Positions 56,137 to 64,000 of a stretch of 64,000 nucleotides of DNA are shown in pieces; positions within the stretch are counted from its first letter, which is position 1; the number at the start of each line of letters is the position of its first letter. The stretch comes from an uncultured Mollicutes bacterium (GTDB taxonomy: Bacteria; Bacillota_I; Bacilli_A; RF39; UBA660): positions 5,718 through 69,717 of the forward strand of contig CAMMVQ010000002.1 in assembly GCA_946500425.1 (NCBI GenBank), read 5' to 3'. A program made the position numbers and the translations under genes. The notes below the pieces were generated by a model. The model had not been told where the DNA came from. It did not search any database and worked only from the letters and a program-made list of their open reading frames with translations.

Positions 56137-57310
56137 TTACTAGTGCCAACGTATCCCTTGCTATCATAAGTTCTTCATCGGTTGGAATAACATAACATGC
56201 TATTTTAGAATCTTTTGCACTAATTAGTTTTTCCTCTCCTCTCAAGTTATTAGCTTCCTCGTCTAGTTTAACCCCAAGAATACCTAGTTTTTCTATAATT
56301 GCTTTTCTAGTAGTAATTGAATTTTCACCTACTCCAGCAGTAAAGATAATTGCGTCGCACCCTTCCATTTCAACGTAGTACTTAGCTATGTAATCAACGA
56401 TTCTTCTAACGTACATCCTTTGTGCTAAAATGCAGTTTTCATCACCTTCGTTAATACCAGCTTCAACGTCCCTTGAATCACTACTTCTCATACTTATTGC
56501 AAGAAGTCCACTTTCTTTGTTAATTACATTATCGATTTCTTTTGGAGTCATGTTTGTTTTTTCCATTATATAAGGAATAATACTAGCATCTATGTCGCCA
56601 CATCTTGTTCCCATGATAAGTCCAGCGTTAGGAGTAAGTCCCATTGAAGTATTTACACACTTTCCATTTACAACGGCAGAAATAGAAGCTCCATTACCTA
56701 TATGACAAGTTATTAACTTAGTATCAGTTCTACCTAGTATTTCGTTCATTCTGTTAGATATGTATTTATGAGAAGTACCATGAGCTCCATATCTTCTTAC
56801 TTTATAATCGGTATACCACTTCATAGGTAGCGCGTATAAATAATTTTCTTTTGGCATTGTTTGATGAAAGGCCGTATCAAAAACAGCCGTTTGTAAAGCA
56901 CTTGGAAATACGTCAATAGCAGCTTTAATTCCGGTTACAGCTGCTGGATTATGAAGCGGAGCAAGCTTAGATAATTCATCTATCTTACTTAAAACTTCAT
57001 CATCAATAACAACCGTTTTATCAAAATAATCTCCACCCTGAACAATACGGTGTCCGATTCCCTTAATCTCATCTAAAGATTCAACAACGTTATTTTCCTT
57101 TAATTCATTAACCAAAGCTTTAAAAGCCTGTTCATGATTATCTAGTTCCAATTCTTTTCTTATCTTTTCACCATTTAACTTTATCGTATAAAAGCTATTG
57201 CCAACTCCTATTCTTTCAAAATTACCAGAAATCAAAACTCTTTCTTCTGGCATTTCATAAAGCTGAAACTTCAAAGAAGAAGACCCAGCATTCACTGATA
57301 ATATTTTCAC
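56129..57310 (-). CDS. ackA: Acetate kinase
   Basis: KILSVNAGSSSLKFQLY, HRIVQGG, AHGTSH, FTAGVGENS. GTG start. Confidence 0.96.
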   Translation of the reverse strand: MKILSVNAGSSSLKFQLYEMPEERVLISGNFERIGVGNSFYTIKLNGEKIRKELELDNHEQAFKALVNELKENNVVESLDEIKGIGHRIVQGGDYFDKTVVIDDEVLSKIDELSKLAPLHNPAAVTGIKAAIDVFPSALQTAVFDTAFHQTMPKENYLYALPMKWYTDYKVRRYGAHGTSHKYISNRMNEILGRTDTKLITCHIGNGASISAVVNGKCVNTSMGLTPNAGLIMGTRCGDIDASIIPYIMEKTNMTPKEIDNVINKESGLLAISMRSSDSRDVEAGINEGDENCILAQRMYVRRIVDYIAKYYVEMEGCDAIIFTAGVGENSITTRKAIIEKLGILGVKLDEEANNLRGEEKLISAKDSKIACYVIPTDEELMIARDTLALVNE

Positions 57311-57360
57311 AAAATCACTCTCCTAGGTATCATTATACAACAAATCTAATATAATTAAAA

Positions 57361-57391
57361 CAAAAAGGTAGCAAAAATAGCTTGCTACCTT
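57361..57391 (-). terminator. Intrinsic terminator of the SASP gene
   Basis: AGGTAGCAA-AAATAGC-TTGCTACCT followed by TTTTTGTTTT on the minus strand. Confidence 0.75.
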
Positions 57392-57418
57392 ATAAAATCT
57401 ATTTTTTAAGTTAAATAA

Positions 57419-57628
57419 TTACTTTTGAGCGTTATAAGATCCACCTAATTGAGATTCACCCATTTTTACTAAACGTTTTGTGATTTCACCACCAACTGAA
57501 CCATTAGCTCTTGCAGTAGCGTCAGCACCTAAGTTTACACCAAATTCGTTAGCTATTTCGTATTTCATTTGTTCAATAGCTTGTTTAGCTTGTGGAGCAA
57601 CTAATCTGTTACTGTTACTTGATTTCAT
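57419..57628 (-). CDS. Small acid-soluble spore protein, alpha/beta type
   Basis: [10 protein letters not shown]...[21 protein letters not shown] is the canonical alpha/beta SASP signature. SD AGGAGGTG. Confidence 0.93.
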   Translation of the reverse strand: MKSSNSNRLVAPQAKQAIEQMKYEIANEFGVNLGADATARANGSVGGEITKRLVKMGESQLGGSYNAQK

Positions 57629-57653
57629 GTGTTTTTCACCTCCTGTACACTAA

Positions 57654-57682
57654 TAGAATGTGAAATTTCTACCATTTCATAC
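57654..57682 (-). promoter_or_regulatory. Forespore sigma-G/F-type promoter of the SASP gene
   Basis: On the minus strand: GTATG (57682-57678), 17 nt, CATTCTA (57660-57654). Compare the sigma-G consensus GHATR-17/18-CATxxTA. Confidence 0.5.
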
Positions 57683-57769
57683 AAAAATTTTAGTGGTAAT
57701 TTTTGTTAATTAAATTTTAAAAAAATAAAAAAGCATGCTATTAATAGCACACTTTTATTATTAGCTTTT

Positions 57770-58579
57770 TTAAGCTGCTCTATTCATTCCCCCAAAGGAA
57801 TTATCACTTGGTGTATCATGATAGTTCCCAAACTTTTTATCAGAAAGTCCAAAGTTTTCTAAGATGCTTGCTCTTGCGCGGTTCATTGATTCTTCATACG
57901 CCGCATTTTCTTGTCTTAATCTCATTATTTCTTGTTGTGCAGCATCAAACCTGGATTCTAGTTGCTCACATTTTCTACGTAATTCTTCACACTCATCAGT
58001 TATTGCTGCAAATCTATTTCCCAACATATCAAGTGAACCTTTGACGTCAACAGGAATTCCTGGATAATTATTTTCATGCGAATCATATCTTTGATTTTCA
58101 ACATAGCCCGGTTGAAATGATAATGGATTATCATATGAATCCGAATCGTTAAAAGCATTTCCTATACCATTATTGTCTTGTGTTTCTGGAAGATTAAATG
58201 GTAATGGATTATCATAGTTAGAGGTGTTATCTTGAGGAGTAGGAAACTGAATTGGTGGAACAACATTATCAGTTTGCGTAGGAATAGATTGCCCTATTGT
58301 AGGAATTTCACCAGAAACCGAAACTTGTGGTTCCTCGGTAGGTATATCTATTTTAGGTACTGGAATTGCTTCTACCTTTGGTCCTTCTTGAACTGGTATC
58401 TGCTCGCTAGCAGCAACATCAGTCTTAACAGATGCATCAGGTGTTGTTTCTACATTTTTTTCTTCTTCTCCGCTAGGAGCTTTTTCTTTACTTACCCTTA
58501 CGTCATTTAAAACAATAACGTTATCAAGGTCAACGTTTTGTCCCGTAGCAATTGCATCTTTTTTAGCTTTTGTATCCAT
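57770..58579 (-). CDS. Hypothetical Pro/Gln/Asn-rich protein with a C-terminal coiled coil
   Basis: SD GGAGGAG. Low-complexity middle region with two YDNPL[PS]F repeats. C-terminal heptads ECEELRRKCEQLESRFDAAQQEIMRLRQENAAYEE. Confidence 0.6.
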   Translation of the reverse strand: MDTKAKKDAIATGQNVDLDNVIVLNDVRVSKEKAPSGEEEKNVETTPDASVKTDVAASEQIPVQEGPKVEAIPVPKIDIPTEEPQVSVSGEIPTIGQSIPTQTDNVVPPIQFPTPQDNTSNYDNPLPFNLPETQDNNGIGNAFNDSDSYDNPLSFQPGYVENQRYDSHENNYPGIPVDVKGSLDMLGNRFAAITDECEELRRKCEQLESRFDAAQQEIMRLRQENAAYEESMNRARASILENFGLSDKKFGNYHDTPSDNSFGGMNRAA

Positions 58580-58602
58580 CTTGACTCCTCCTACCTCTAA
58601 TA

Positions 58603-58968
58603 TTATTCCTCACTTAGGACTTGTTGTCCGTCCTTAGCAATCTTTCTCATGGCATCCTTTACTTTCATCCACTCATCATTATCAGTTATGTTCTCTAACG
58701 AATAAACACCATCATTATCATTTAGTATTGCAACGTATAACTTTATCATACCGTTATCATCAACTTCATTAAAAGAGTAAACTATGTAAGTTTTTGAAGT
58801 ATCTTTTAGCTTAAACAAAGATAATCTTTCAGCATCCTTTTTAGTACCACTCTCATCCACAATAACAAACTTTTCTTTTTGAGTAGTTTGTAAAGCAGAC
58901 ATTCCGTTTGCAAAACTTTGTCCAACATTAACTTTTTTTCCGCTTCCAATACTACTAGTAGTTACCAT
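58603..58968 (-). CDS. DUF1292-like protein
   Basis: FVIVDESGTKKDAERLSLFKL...YIVYSF...LENITDNDEWMKVKDAM matches the DUF1292 pattern (short acidic protein, E-D-D-E-W motif). Confidence 0.55.
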   Translation of the reverse strand: MVTTSSIGSGKKVNVGQSFANGMSALQTTQKEKFVIVDESGTKKDAERLSLFKLKDTSKTYIVYSFNEVDDNGMIKLYVAILNDNDGVYSLENITDNDEWMKVKDAMRKIAKDGQQVLSEE

Positions 58969-59010
58969 ATGAACACCTCTTTTATTCTTATATACTTTAT
59001 TTTAACACAC

Positions 59011-59286
59011 CTATTTTCTTTTTGCAACAAAATATGAACAATCATAAGCACAATTTTCATGTAAATATTTATTTAAATTATTGAAATCATTAATTTCACT
59101 ACGTTTTTTATTATCGTGGTCATAAAAACCTTTTAATCGTAATTTGCCGTAAGCCCAATCTCCAACAACATAATCAAAGTCATAAAAATAATCAGTACAC
59201 TTACTTATAAATTCATCTTTATTATAACCATTCTTATAATCCTTTATTATTTCATATTCATTTTTATCAATCGTTATCCTTTCCAT
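59011..59286 (-). CDS. yutD: YutD-like protein (DUF1027)
   Basis: Start set at MERITIDKNEYEII (SD GGAGGG). DYVVGDWAYGKLRLKGFY is the family signature. Confidence 0.75.
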   Translation of the reverse strand: MERITIDKNEYEIIKDYKNGYNKDEFISKCTDYFYDFDYVVGDWAYGKLRLKGFYDHDNKKRSEINDFNNLNKYLHENCAYDCSYFVAKRK

Positions 59287-59320
59287 AGTCCCTCCATTAT
59301 GATAAATTATATCATAATTT

Positions 59321-60034
59321 TTAATCCATTGGCAAACTATAAGTACCATTAATTCCCGATAGATAGTTAGGCACAGAACCTTTTACCACCTTCATTATTA
59401 TAGGAATTTCCGAAGTAACCTTAGTTTCTTTTGATTGAAAAGGTAAAACCGTTGATTGGGTGACTTCGAGATAGATAAAAACCTCAATCAAAGCACTGTT
59501 TATTCCGTACTCGCTAACCCTTGTTTTAACGTCTATTCCAACGTTTCCAGAATACTCTATTTTAACTGGTATTTTAGGCCCAAAATTAGAAAAAAATACG
59601 TTATTAAAAGCCACTCCAAGCGGAACTTCATAAACGATACCTTTTTTTAATTTTTTCTTATCAATGCCACGGTACATCTCCTCAGGCAAGTTTTCTCCCA
59701 TTTCAACTTCTTTTAATCTTTTTCTTGCATACTTTGCAACAAGTACTATCGTTTCGTTTAAAGCAGCCGTATTAAAATCAATGCTTTCTATCTCGCCATT
59801 ATTATTTTTAGTAATTTCAAATAGTTCATCCGCTTTTATTTTTTCCGCAACTTGCTTGTATCCCGCTTGCCTTAAAACCTCAATCCCTATTCTTTTAGTT
59901 TGCTCACTTGCGTAACTCATTATAACCGGAAGTGCTCTTTTATTTAAAATAATTAAAATTAAAACGCTGGTAATAATAAGACATATAAATATACAAACAT
60001 AAATATTTCCTAAAAAATTTTTAATTTTTTTCAT
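59321..60034 (-). CDS. yunB: Sporulation protein YunB
   Basis: N-terminal TM, then RALPVIMSYASEQTKRIGIEVLRQA. Size (237 aa) and C-terminus (VPNYLSGINGTYSLP) fit the YunB family. Confidence 0.7.
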   Translation of the reverse strand: MKKIKNFLGNIYVCIFICLIITSVLILIILNKRALPVIMSYASEQTKRIGIEVLRQAGYKQVAEKIKADELFEITKNNNGEIESIDFNTAALNETIVLVAKYARKRLKEVEMGENLPEEMYRGIDKKKLKKGIVYEVPLGVAFNNVFFSNFGPKIPVKIEYSGNVGIDVKTRVSEYGINSALIEVFIYLEVTQSTVLPFQSKETKVTSEIPIIMKVVKGSVPNYLSGINGTYSLPMD

Positions 60035-60079
60035 AATATCACATAATAAGTATATGAAAAAAGTAAGCGACGTTTGTCC

Positions 60080-60892
60080 TTACTTAATAATAAACTTAGT
60101 TACTACGAAATATCCTATTAATGCTAATATTAACATAATCAAAATAACTATAATAACTTTTTTGGTTTTTCTAGTTCTTGATATTTCTTTCGTTAGCGTG
60201 CTAAAGTCCTCAAAATCATTTTTAGTAAACATATTAGAATCAGTGTAGAAAGTTTTATCAGCGGATGCTATTACTTTCTCTTGTTTCTTTTTGCCCGCTT
60301 TTTTGGTTTCACCGGAAACAACTTCATCCAAATCAGAAGAAATTGGGTTGGTTACAATTGTATTTTCCTCTCCTTTAAGATCAGAAAGGATGTCCAAAGC
60401 ATTATCGGTATCACTTGGTTTTCTTGAAATAGCCATTGTATTTATAAGCTCTTCAAGCTCTTTTTCTTCGTTTTCAAGGCTCTCGTAACGCTTTTCACGG
60501 CTAATATTCCTACTTTCTTTAAAATCTAAATACTTTTGCTTTTCCTTGGCTTCTTCAATAAATGCTCTTTTATTTTTAGCATCGTTTATAATTTCATTTA
60601 TGTCATAGACTTTATTACTTCTATTAGAAAAATCAGGCTTATCATAAGTATCTATATCTTCTACCGAATAATTCCTCATCGTTCGATACTGTCTGGTGTC
60701 ATACTTGTCTCCCAACATATCCTTTAAACGGCTCAAGTTAATTTCTTTTGCGGTGTCAATTACCTGCATGTTTTGATACGTCGTGTCACGGTATAAATCA
60801 TCATATACTTCTTCGTAAAGTTTGGTGTTACGGCGTGTTCTTTCATACCTTTTACGTCCTTCCGTCTGGTACTTATCCATCCTTGATTGCAT
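60080..60892 (-). CDS. Hypothetical tail-anchored protein (basic N-terminus, acidic coiled middle, C-terminal TM)
   Basis: SD AAGGAGGTG. N-terminus MQSRMDKYQTEGRKRYERTRRN. C-terminal TM VIIVILIMLILALIGYFVV. Confidence 0.55.
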   Translation of the reverse strand: MQSRMDKYQTEGRKRYERTRRNTKLYEEVYDDLYRDTTYQNMQVIDTAKEINLSRLKDMLGDKYDTRQYRTMRNYSVEDIDTYDKPDFSNRSNKVYDINEIINDAKNKRAFIEEAKEKQKYLDFKESRNISREKRYESLENEEKELEELINTMAISRKPSDTDNALDILSDLKGEENTIVTNPISSDLDEVVSGETKKAGKKKQEKVIASADKTFYTDSNMFTKNDFEDFSTLTKEISRTRKTKKVIIVILIMLILALIGYFVVTKFIIK

Positions 60893-60957
60893 GCTGACAC
60901 CTCCTTATCCTCTATACCATATATAATATCATACTTTGTTATTTTTTTAAAGATTTA

Positions 60958-60985
60958 TTGATTTTTTTAAAAGATGTTATATAAT
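60958..60985 (+). promoter_or_regulatory. Sigma-A-type promoter of the ferredoxin gene
   Basis: TTGATT (60958-60963), 16-nt spacer, TATAAT (60980-60985). Confidence 0.55.
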
Positions 60986-61003
60986 TAAGAACAGGAGGTA
61001 ATT

Positions 61004-61213
61004 ATGAAATTTATAGTAGATAAAGATTCATGCATAGGATGCGGAGCGTGTCAAGCAATATGCGAAGAGGTTTTTGAAATAACTGATGATGGTTACGCGG
61101 AAGCTAAAGATGAAGAAATAAAAGATAAAGATATCATAGAAAAAGCAACCGAAGCTATGGAAGGATGTCCAACCGATGCAATTTCTAACGAAGAAAAAGA
61201 AACTAACGACTAG
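61004..61213 (+). CDS. Small single-cluster ferredoxin
   Basis: CIGCGACQAIC ... GCPTDAI. SD AGGAGG. Confidence 0.9.
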   Translation: MKFIVDKDSCIGCGACQAICEEVFEITDDGYAEAKDEEIKDKDIIEKATEAMEGCPTDAISNEEKETND

Positions 61214-61941
61214 TTTCTTTTTTTGTTATTAGCTAAATTATACAACTGCTTTACCTCTTTAGAAGATAACCTTCTTTTTTCACCACTTTTTAAATTACCC
61301 AAAGTTAAGAATCCAAAAACTTCTCTTTTAAGCTTAATAACCTCATGTCCAACACTTTCAAATATCCTTTTAACTTCATGATTCTTACCATCGTGAATGG
61401 TTATTTCTACAACCGAGGTTAAATTTTGTTTATTTATTTTTTTTACTTTAACACGACTAGGATAAATTTTTAATCCGTCGAGAATAACACCTGATTTTAT
61501 TTTTTTTACGTCGTCTTTAGTTATAACTCCCTTTATTTTTGCAACGTAAAACTTATCAATCTTACTTGCCGGATGCATCATTAAATTAGCAAATTCACCA
61601 TCGTTAGTTAAAAGTAGAAGCCCGGTAGTATCATAATCTAATCTTCCAACTGGATATATTCTTTTGTTTGTATCATCAAAGTAATCTAACACCGTTTTTC
61701 TTCCTTTATCATCTTTAGTGGTACAAACAACACCTCTTGGCTTATAAAATAAATAATATTCTTTTTCTTGATACTCAATTAAGTTTCCATCAACTAAAAT
61801 TTCATCACCAAAAGAAGCTTTAGTGCCAAGCTCAGTTATTTTTTTACCGTTTACCATTACTTTACCTTGTTTTATTAATTCTTCTGCTTTTCTTCTTGAA
61901 GTATAGCCTGATTCTGCGATTATTTTTTGAAGTCTTTCCAT
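61210..61941 (-). CDS. rluB: Pseudouridine synthase (RluB/RsuA family, S4 domain)
   Basis: S4 domain RLQKIIAESGYTSRRKAEELI and catalytic motif PVGRLDYDTTGLLLLTNDG. Confidence 0.9.
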   Translation of the reverse strand: MERLQKIIAESGYTSRRKAEELIKQGKVMVNGKKITELGTKASFGDEILVDGNLIEYQEKEYYLFYKPRGVVCTTKDDKGRKTVLDYFDDTNKRIYPVGRLDYDTTGLLLLTNDGEFANLMMHPASKIDKFYVAKIKGVITKDDVKKIKSGVILDGLKIYPSRVKVKKINKQNLTSVVEITIHDGKNHEVKRIFESVGHEVIKLKREVFGFLTLGNLKSGEKRRLSSKEVKQLYNLANNKKRN

Positions 61942-64000
61942 CATTCCACCTTCTTTATACTCTTATGATTTTTCATTAACTTTTTAATTCCGTGCCCTTT
62001 AAAAGCTATCGTTGCAATTGATTTATCAACGTTTACAACAACTCCAGGTCCATACGTATCATGAACAACGTTGTCCCCTGCTTTAAGTCCGTTATCATCA
62101 TTAAACATTTCAGTTTTATCTATCGTTTTAGATAAAACTTTAGTCTCAGGCATATCAAGGTATTTTACGTCTATTTCCTTTATGAACCTACTTGGCATGT
62201 TTACGCTCGTTCTTCCGAATAACATCCTTTTTAAAGCATTTATTAAATATAACTTTTTCTTAGCACGAGTTATGGCCACGTAACAAAGCCTTCGTTCTTC
62301 CTCTAAACCACCTTCTTCTACGGAATTAACGTGAGGAAAAATATTTTCTTCCATTCCAATAACGAATACATAACCAAACTCTAGTCCCTTAACAGAGTGA
62401 ATGGTCATTAAGGTAACCTTTGGAGAATCATCGCCTTTTTCATCATTCACGTCACTTACCAGGCTTACTTCATTTAAAAAGTCCTCAAGTGATGCAATGC
62501 CACTTTCTTCTTCAAAGGTCTTCGTAATTGACTTAAACTCATTTAAGTTTTCAAGTCTTATATCAGCCTCCAAGGTATGTTCGGATTCCAAATCTTTTCT
62601 AATGCCAGACTTATCAAGCACCATGTCAATGGTTTCGGTTAAAGATAAAGTATCACTTTTTTTCTTCATTTCTAATATCAAATCTTTAAACGCTAGTTCT
62701 TTACCCTTTTCAATAGCCTCAAACATTGACGTTCCCTTCAAAATCGCGTCCATGCTTAAATTTTCAATCGTTTTAGAACCAATTCCTCTTTTTGGATAGT
62801 TTATAACGCGGGTTAAAGAAACATCATCCTTGGTGTTATAAATAAGTTTTAAATACGCAAGTAAATCTTTTATTTCCTTTCTAGAATAGAAAGCAAAAGC
62901 TCCTACTATTCTATAAGGAATGTTACTATTTAAAAAACCTTCTTCTATCGTTCTTGACTGCGCGTTAGTTCGGTATAACACCGCGATATCATCTAAACTT
63001 ATTCCGTTATCTCTTAATTTCTTAACTTCACGGGTAACAAATGATGCTTCATCTTTTTCATCTAATGCTCTTACGTATTTTATTTTTTCTCCATCTTCAT
63101 TTTCCGTCCACAAACGCTTATCTTTTTTCTGAAGGTTATTTTTAATTACGCTGTTAGCAGCATTTAAAATGGTTTTTGTTGAACGGTAGTTTTGTTCAAG
63201 TAAAATAACTTTAGCGTCTTTATAATCTTTTTCAAAGTTAAGGATGTTTTTAAAGTTAGCACCCCTCCATGAATAAATTGATTGTGAGTCATCTCCTACA
63301 ACGCATATATTCTTATGCTTAGTACTTATCATTTTAGATAACACATACTGAGCTTCGTTAGTATCCTGATACTCATCAATGAAAACGTATTTAAACAATT
63401 CTTGATAACTTTCTAAAACCTCTGGATAATTATTAAACAACATAATTGGCATAACAAGTAAATCATCAAAGTCAAGACAGTTATTACGAAGAAGTGTTTC
63501 TTGATAATTTTTATACACTTTATAGGTTAAGTCACTTAACTCATCATGCACTAAGGTTCTATATTTTTCTGGTGTTACTAACTCATTTTTTGCAGAACTA
63601 ATCTGATTCTTTATAAACTTAGGATTACACCTGTTAGAATCAATGTTTTGTTCTTTTAATATTTTTTTAATAACCGTTAAAGAATCATCACTATCAATGA
63701 TGGTAAAATTCTTTTCGTAGCCTAAACGTTCATAGTTTTCTTTTATTATTCTAAGTCCAAAAGAGTGGAAAGTTGATATTTGAATGTTATAACCCTGGAC
63801 ACCAACTAACTTTATTACTCTTTCTTTCATTTCCTTAGCAGCTTTATTAGTAAAAGTAATAGCAAGTATGTTTTGCGGCGCAACATTTCTTTCTTTTATT
63901 AAATAAGCTATTTTAGTAGTTAAAACACTTGTTTTACCACTTCCTGCACCTGCAAGTATTAAAAGTGGGCCGTCACCCCATAAAACTGCTTCTTTCTGCC
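61941..64000 (-). CDS. pcrA: ATP-dependent DNA helicase PcrA/UvrD; N-terminus runs off the window
   Basis: The frame stays open upstream of the track's first Met. The window-edge translation reads ...GPLLILAGAGSGKTSVLTTKIAYLI (Walker A). Downstream motifs are FDEYQDT-like (VFIDEYQDTN), YRS, TIHSVKGLEF and VAITRAK. Confidence 0.95.
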   Translation of the reverse strand, partial: QKEAVLWGDGPLLILAGAGSGKTSVLTTKIAYLIKERNVAPQNILAITFTNKAAKEMKERVIKLVGVQGYNIQISTFHSFGLRIIKENYERLGYEKNFTIIDSDDSLTVIKKILKEQNIDSNRCNPKFIKNQISSAKNELVTPEKYRTLVHDELSDLTYKVYKNYQETLLRNNCLDFDDLLVMPIMLFNNYPEVLESYQELFKYVFIDEYQDTNEAQYVLSKMISTKHKNICVVGDDSQSIYSWRGANFKNILNFEKDYKDAKVILLEQNYRSTKTILNAANSVIKNNLQKKDKRLWTENEDGEKIKYVRALDEKDEASFVTREVKKLRDNGISLDDIAVLYRTNAQSRTIEEGFLNSNIPYRIVGAFAFYSRKEIKDLLAYLKLIYNTKDDVSLTRVINYPKRGIGSKTIENLSMDAILKGTSMFEAIEKGKELAFKDLILEMKKKSDTLSLTETIDMVLDKSGIRKDLESEHTLEADIRLENLNEFKSITKTFEEESGIASLEDFLNEVSLVSDVNDEKGDDSPKVTLMTIHSVKGLEFGYVFVIGMEENIFPHVNSVEEGGLEEERRLCYVAITRAKKKLYLINALKRMLFGRTSVNMPSRFIKEIDVKYLDMPETKVLSKTIDKTEMFNDDNGLKAGDNVVHDTYGPGVVVNVDKSIATIAFKGHGIKKLMKNHKSIKKVE

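Overview
This is a 64-kb chromosomal segment from a low-GC, endospore-forming Bacillota genome. The synteny is Bacillus-like: rodZ-pgsA-recA, gpsB-rnpB, recU-ponA, dnaD, cca and hup. Sporulation genes are also present: spoIVA, spoVIF, yunB and an alpha/beta SASP. I count about 62 protein genes, and all but five are on the minus strand. I saw no rRNA, tRNA, CRISPR array, transposase or integrase.

The window has four blocks:
1. 1-17 kb is core housekeeping. It holds a GGDEF cyclase truncated at the left edge, an AMP-ligase, ligA, recA, pgsA, rodZ-like, RNase P RNA, gpsB, recU, PBP1A, dnaD, cca and HU.
2. 17-37.5 kb is accessory and cell-surface. It holds a sortase with an LPKTG adhesin, an MqsR-like toxin-antitoxin pair, and a roughly 15.5-kb locus for a galactofuranose-containing cell-wall glycopolymer. 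That locus is ABC-transporter dependent and contains several unusual fused glycosyltransferases. An orphan nahK follows it.
3. 37.5-44.3 kb is an arginine deiminase operon fused to an amino-acid ABC importer.
4. 44.4-64 kb mixes housekeeping and sporulation genes: a TasA-like secreted protein, spoIVA, spoVIF, der, engB, nrnA, ackA, a SASP gene, yutD, yunB, ferredoxin, rluB, and pcrA truncated at the right edge.

The ORF track misses or mis-calls four things:
- An RNase P RNA sits under a spurious N-terminal ORF extension.
- An orphan consensus promoter plus terminator defines a roughly 87-nt sRNA candidate. It converges on a 29-codon hydrophobic mini-ORF downstream of spoIVA, in a type I toxin-antitoxin-like layout.
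- A 154-codon reading frame is interrupted by a single in-frame TAG.
- The two genes cut by the window edges are not listed.

All functional calls rest on motifs recognised by eye in the translations. No database search was run.
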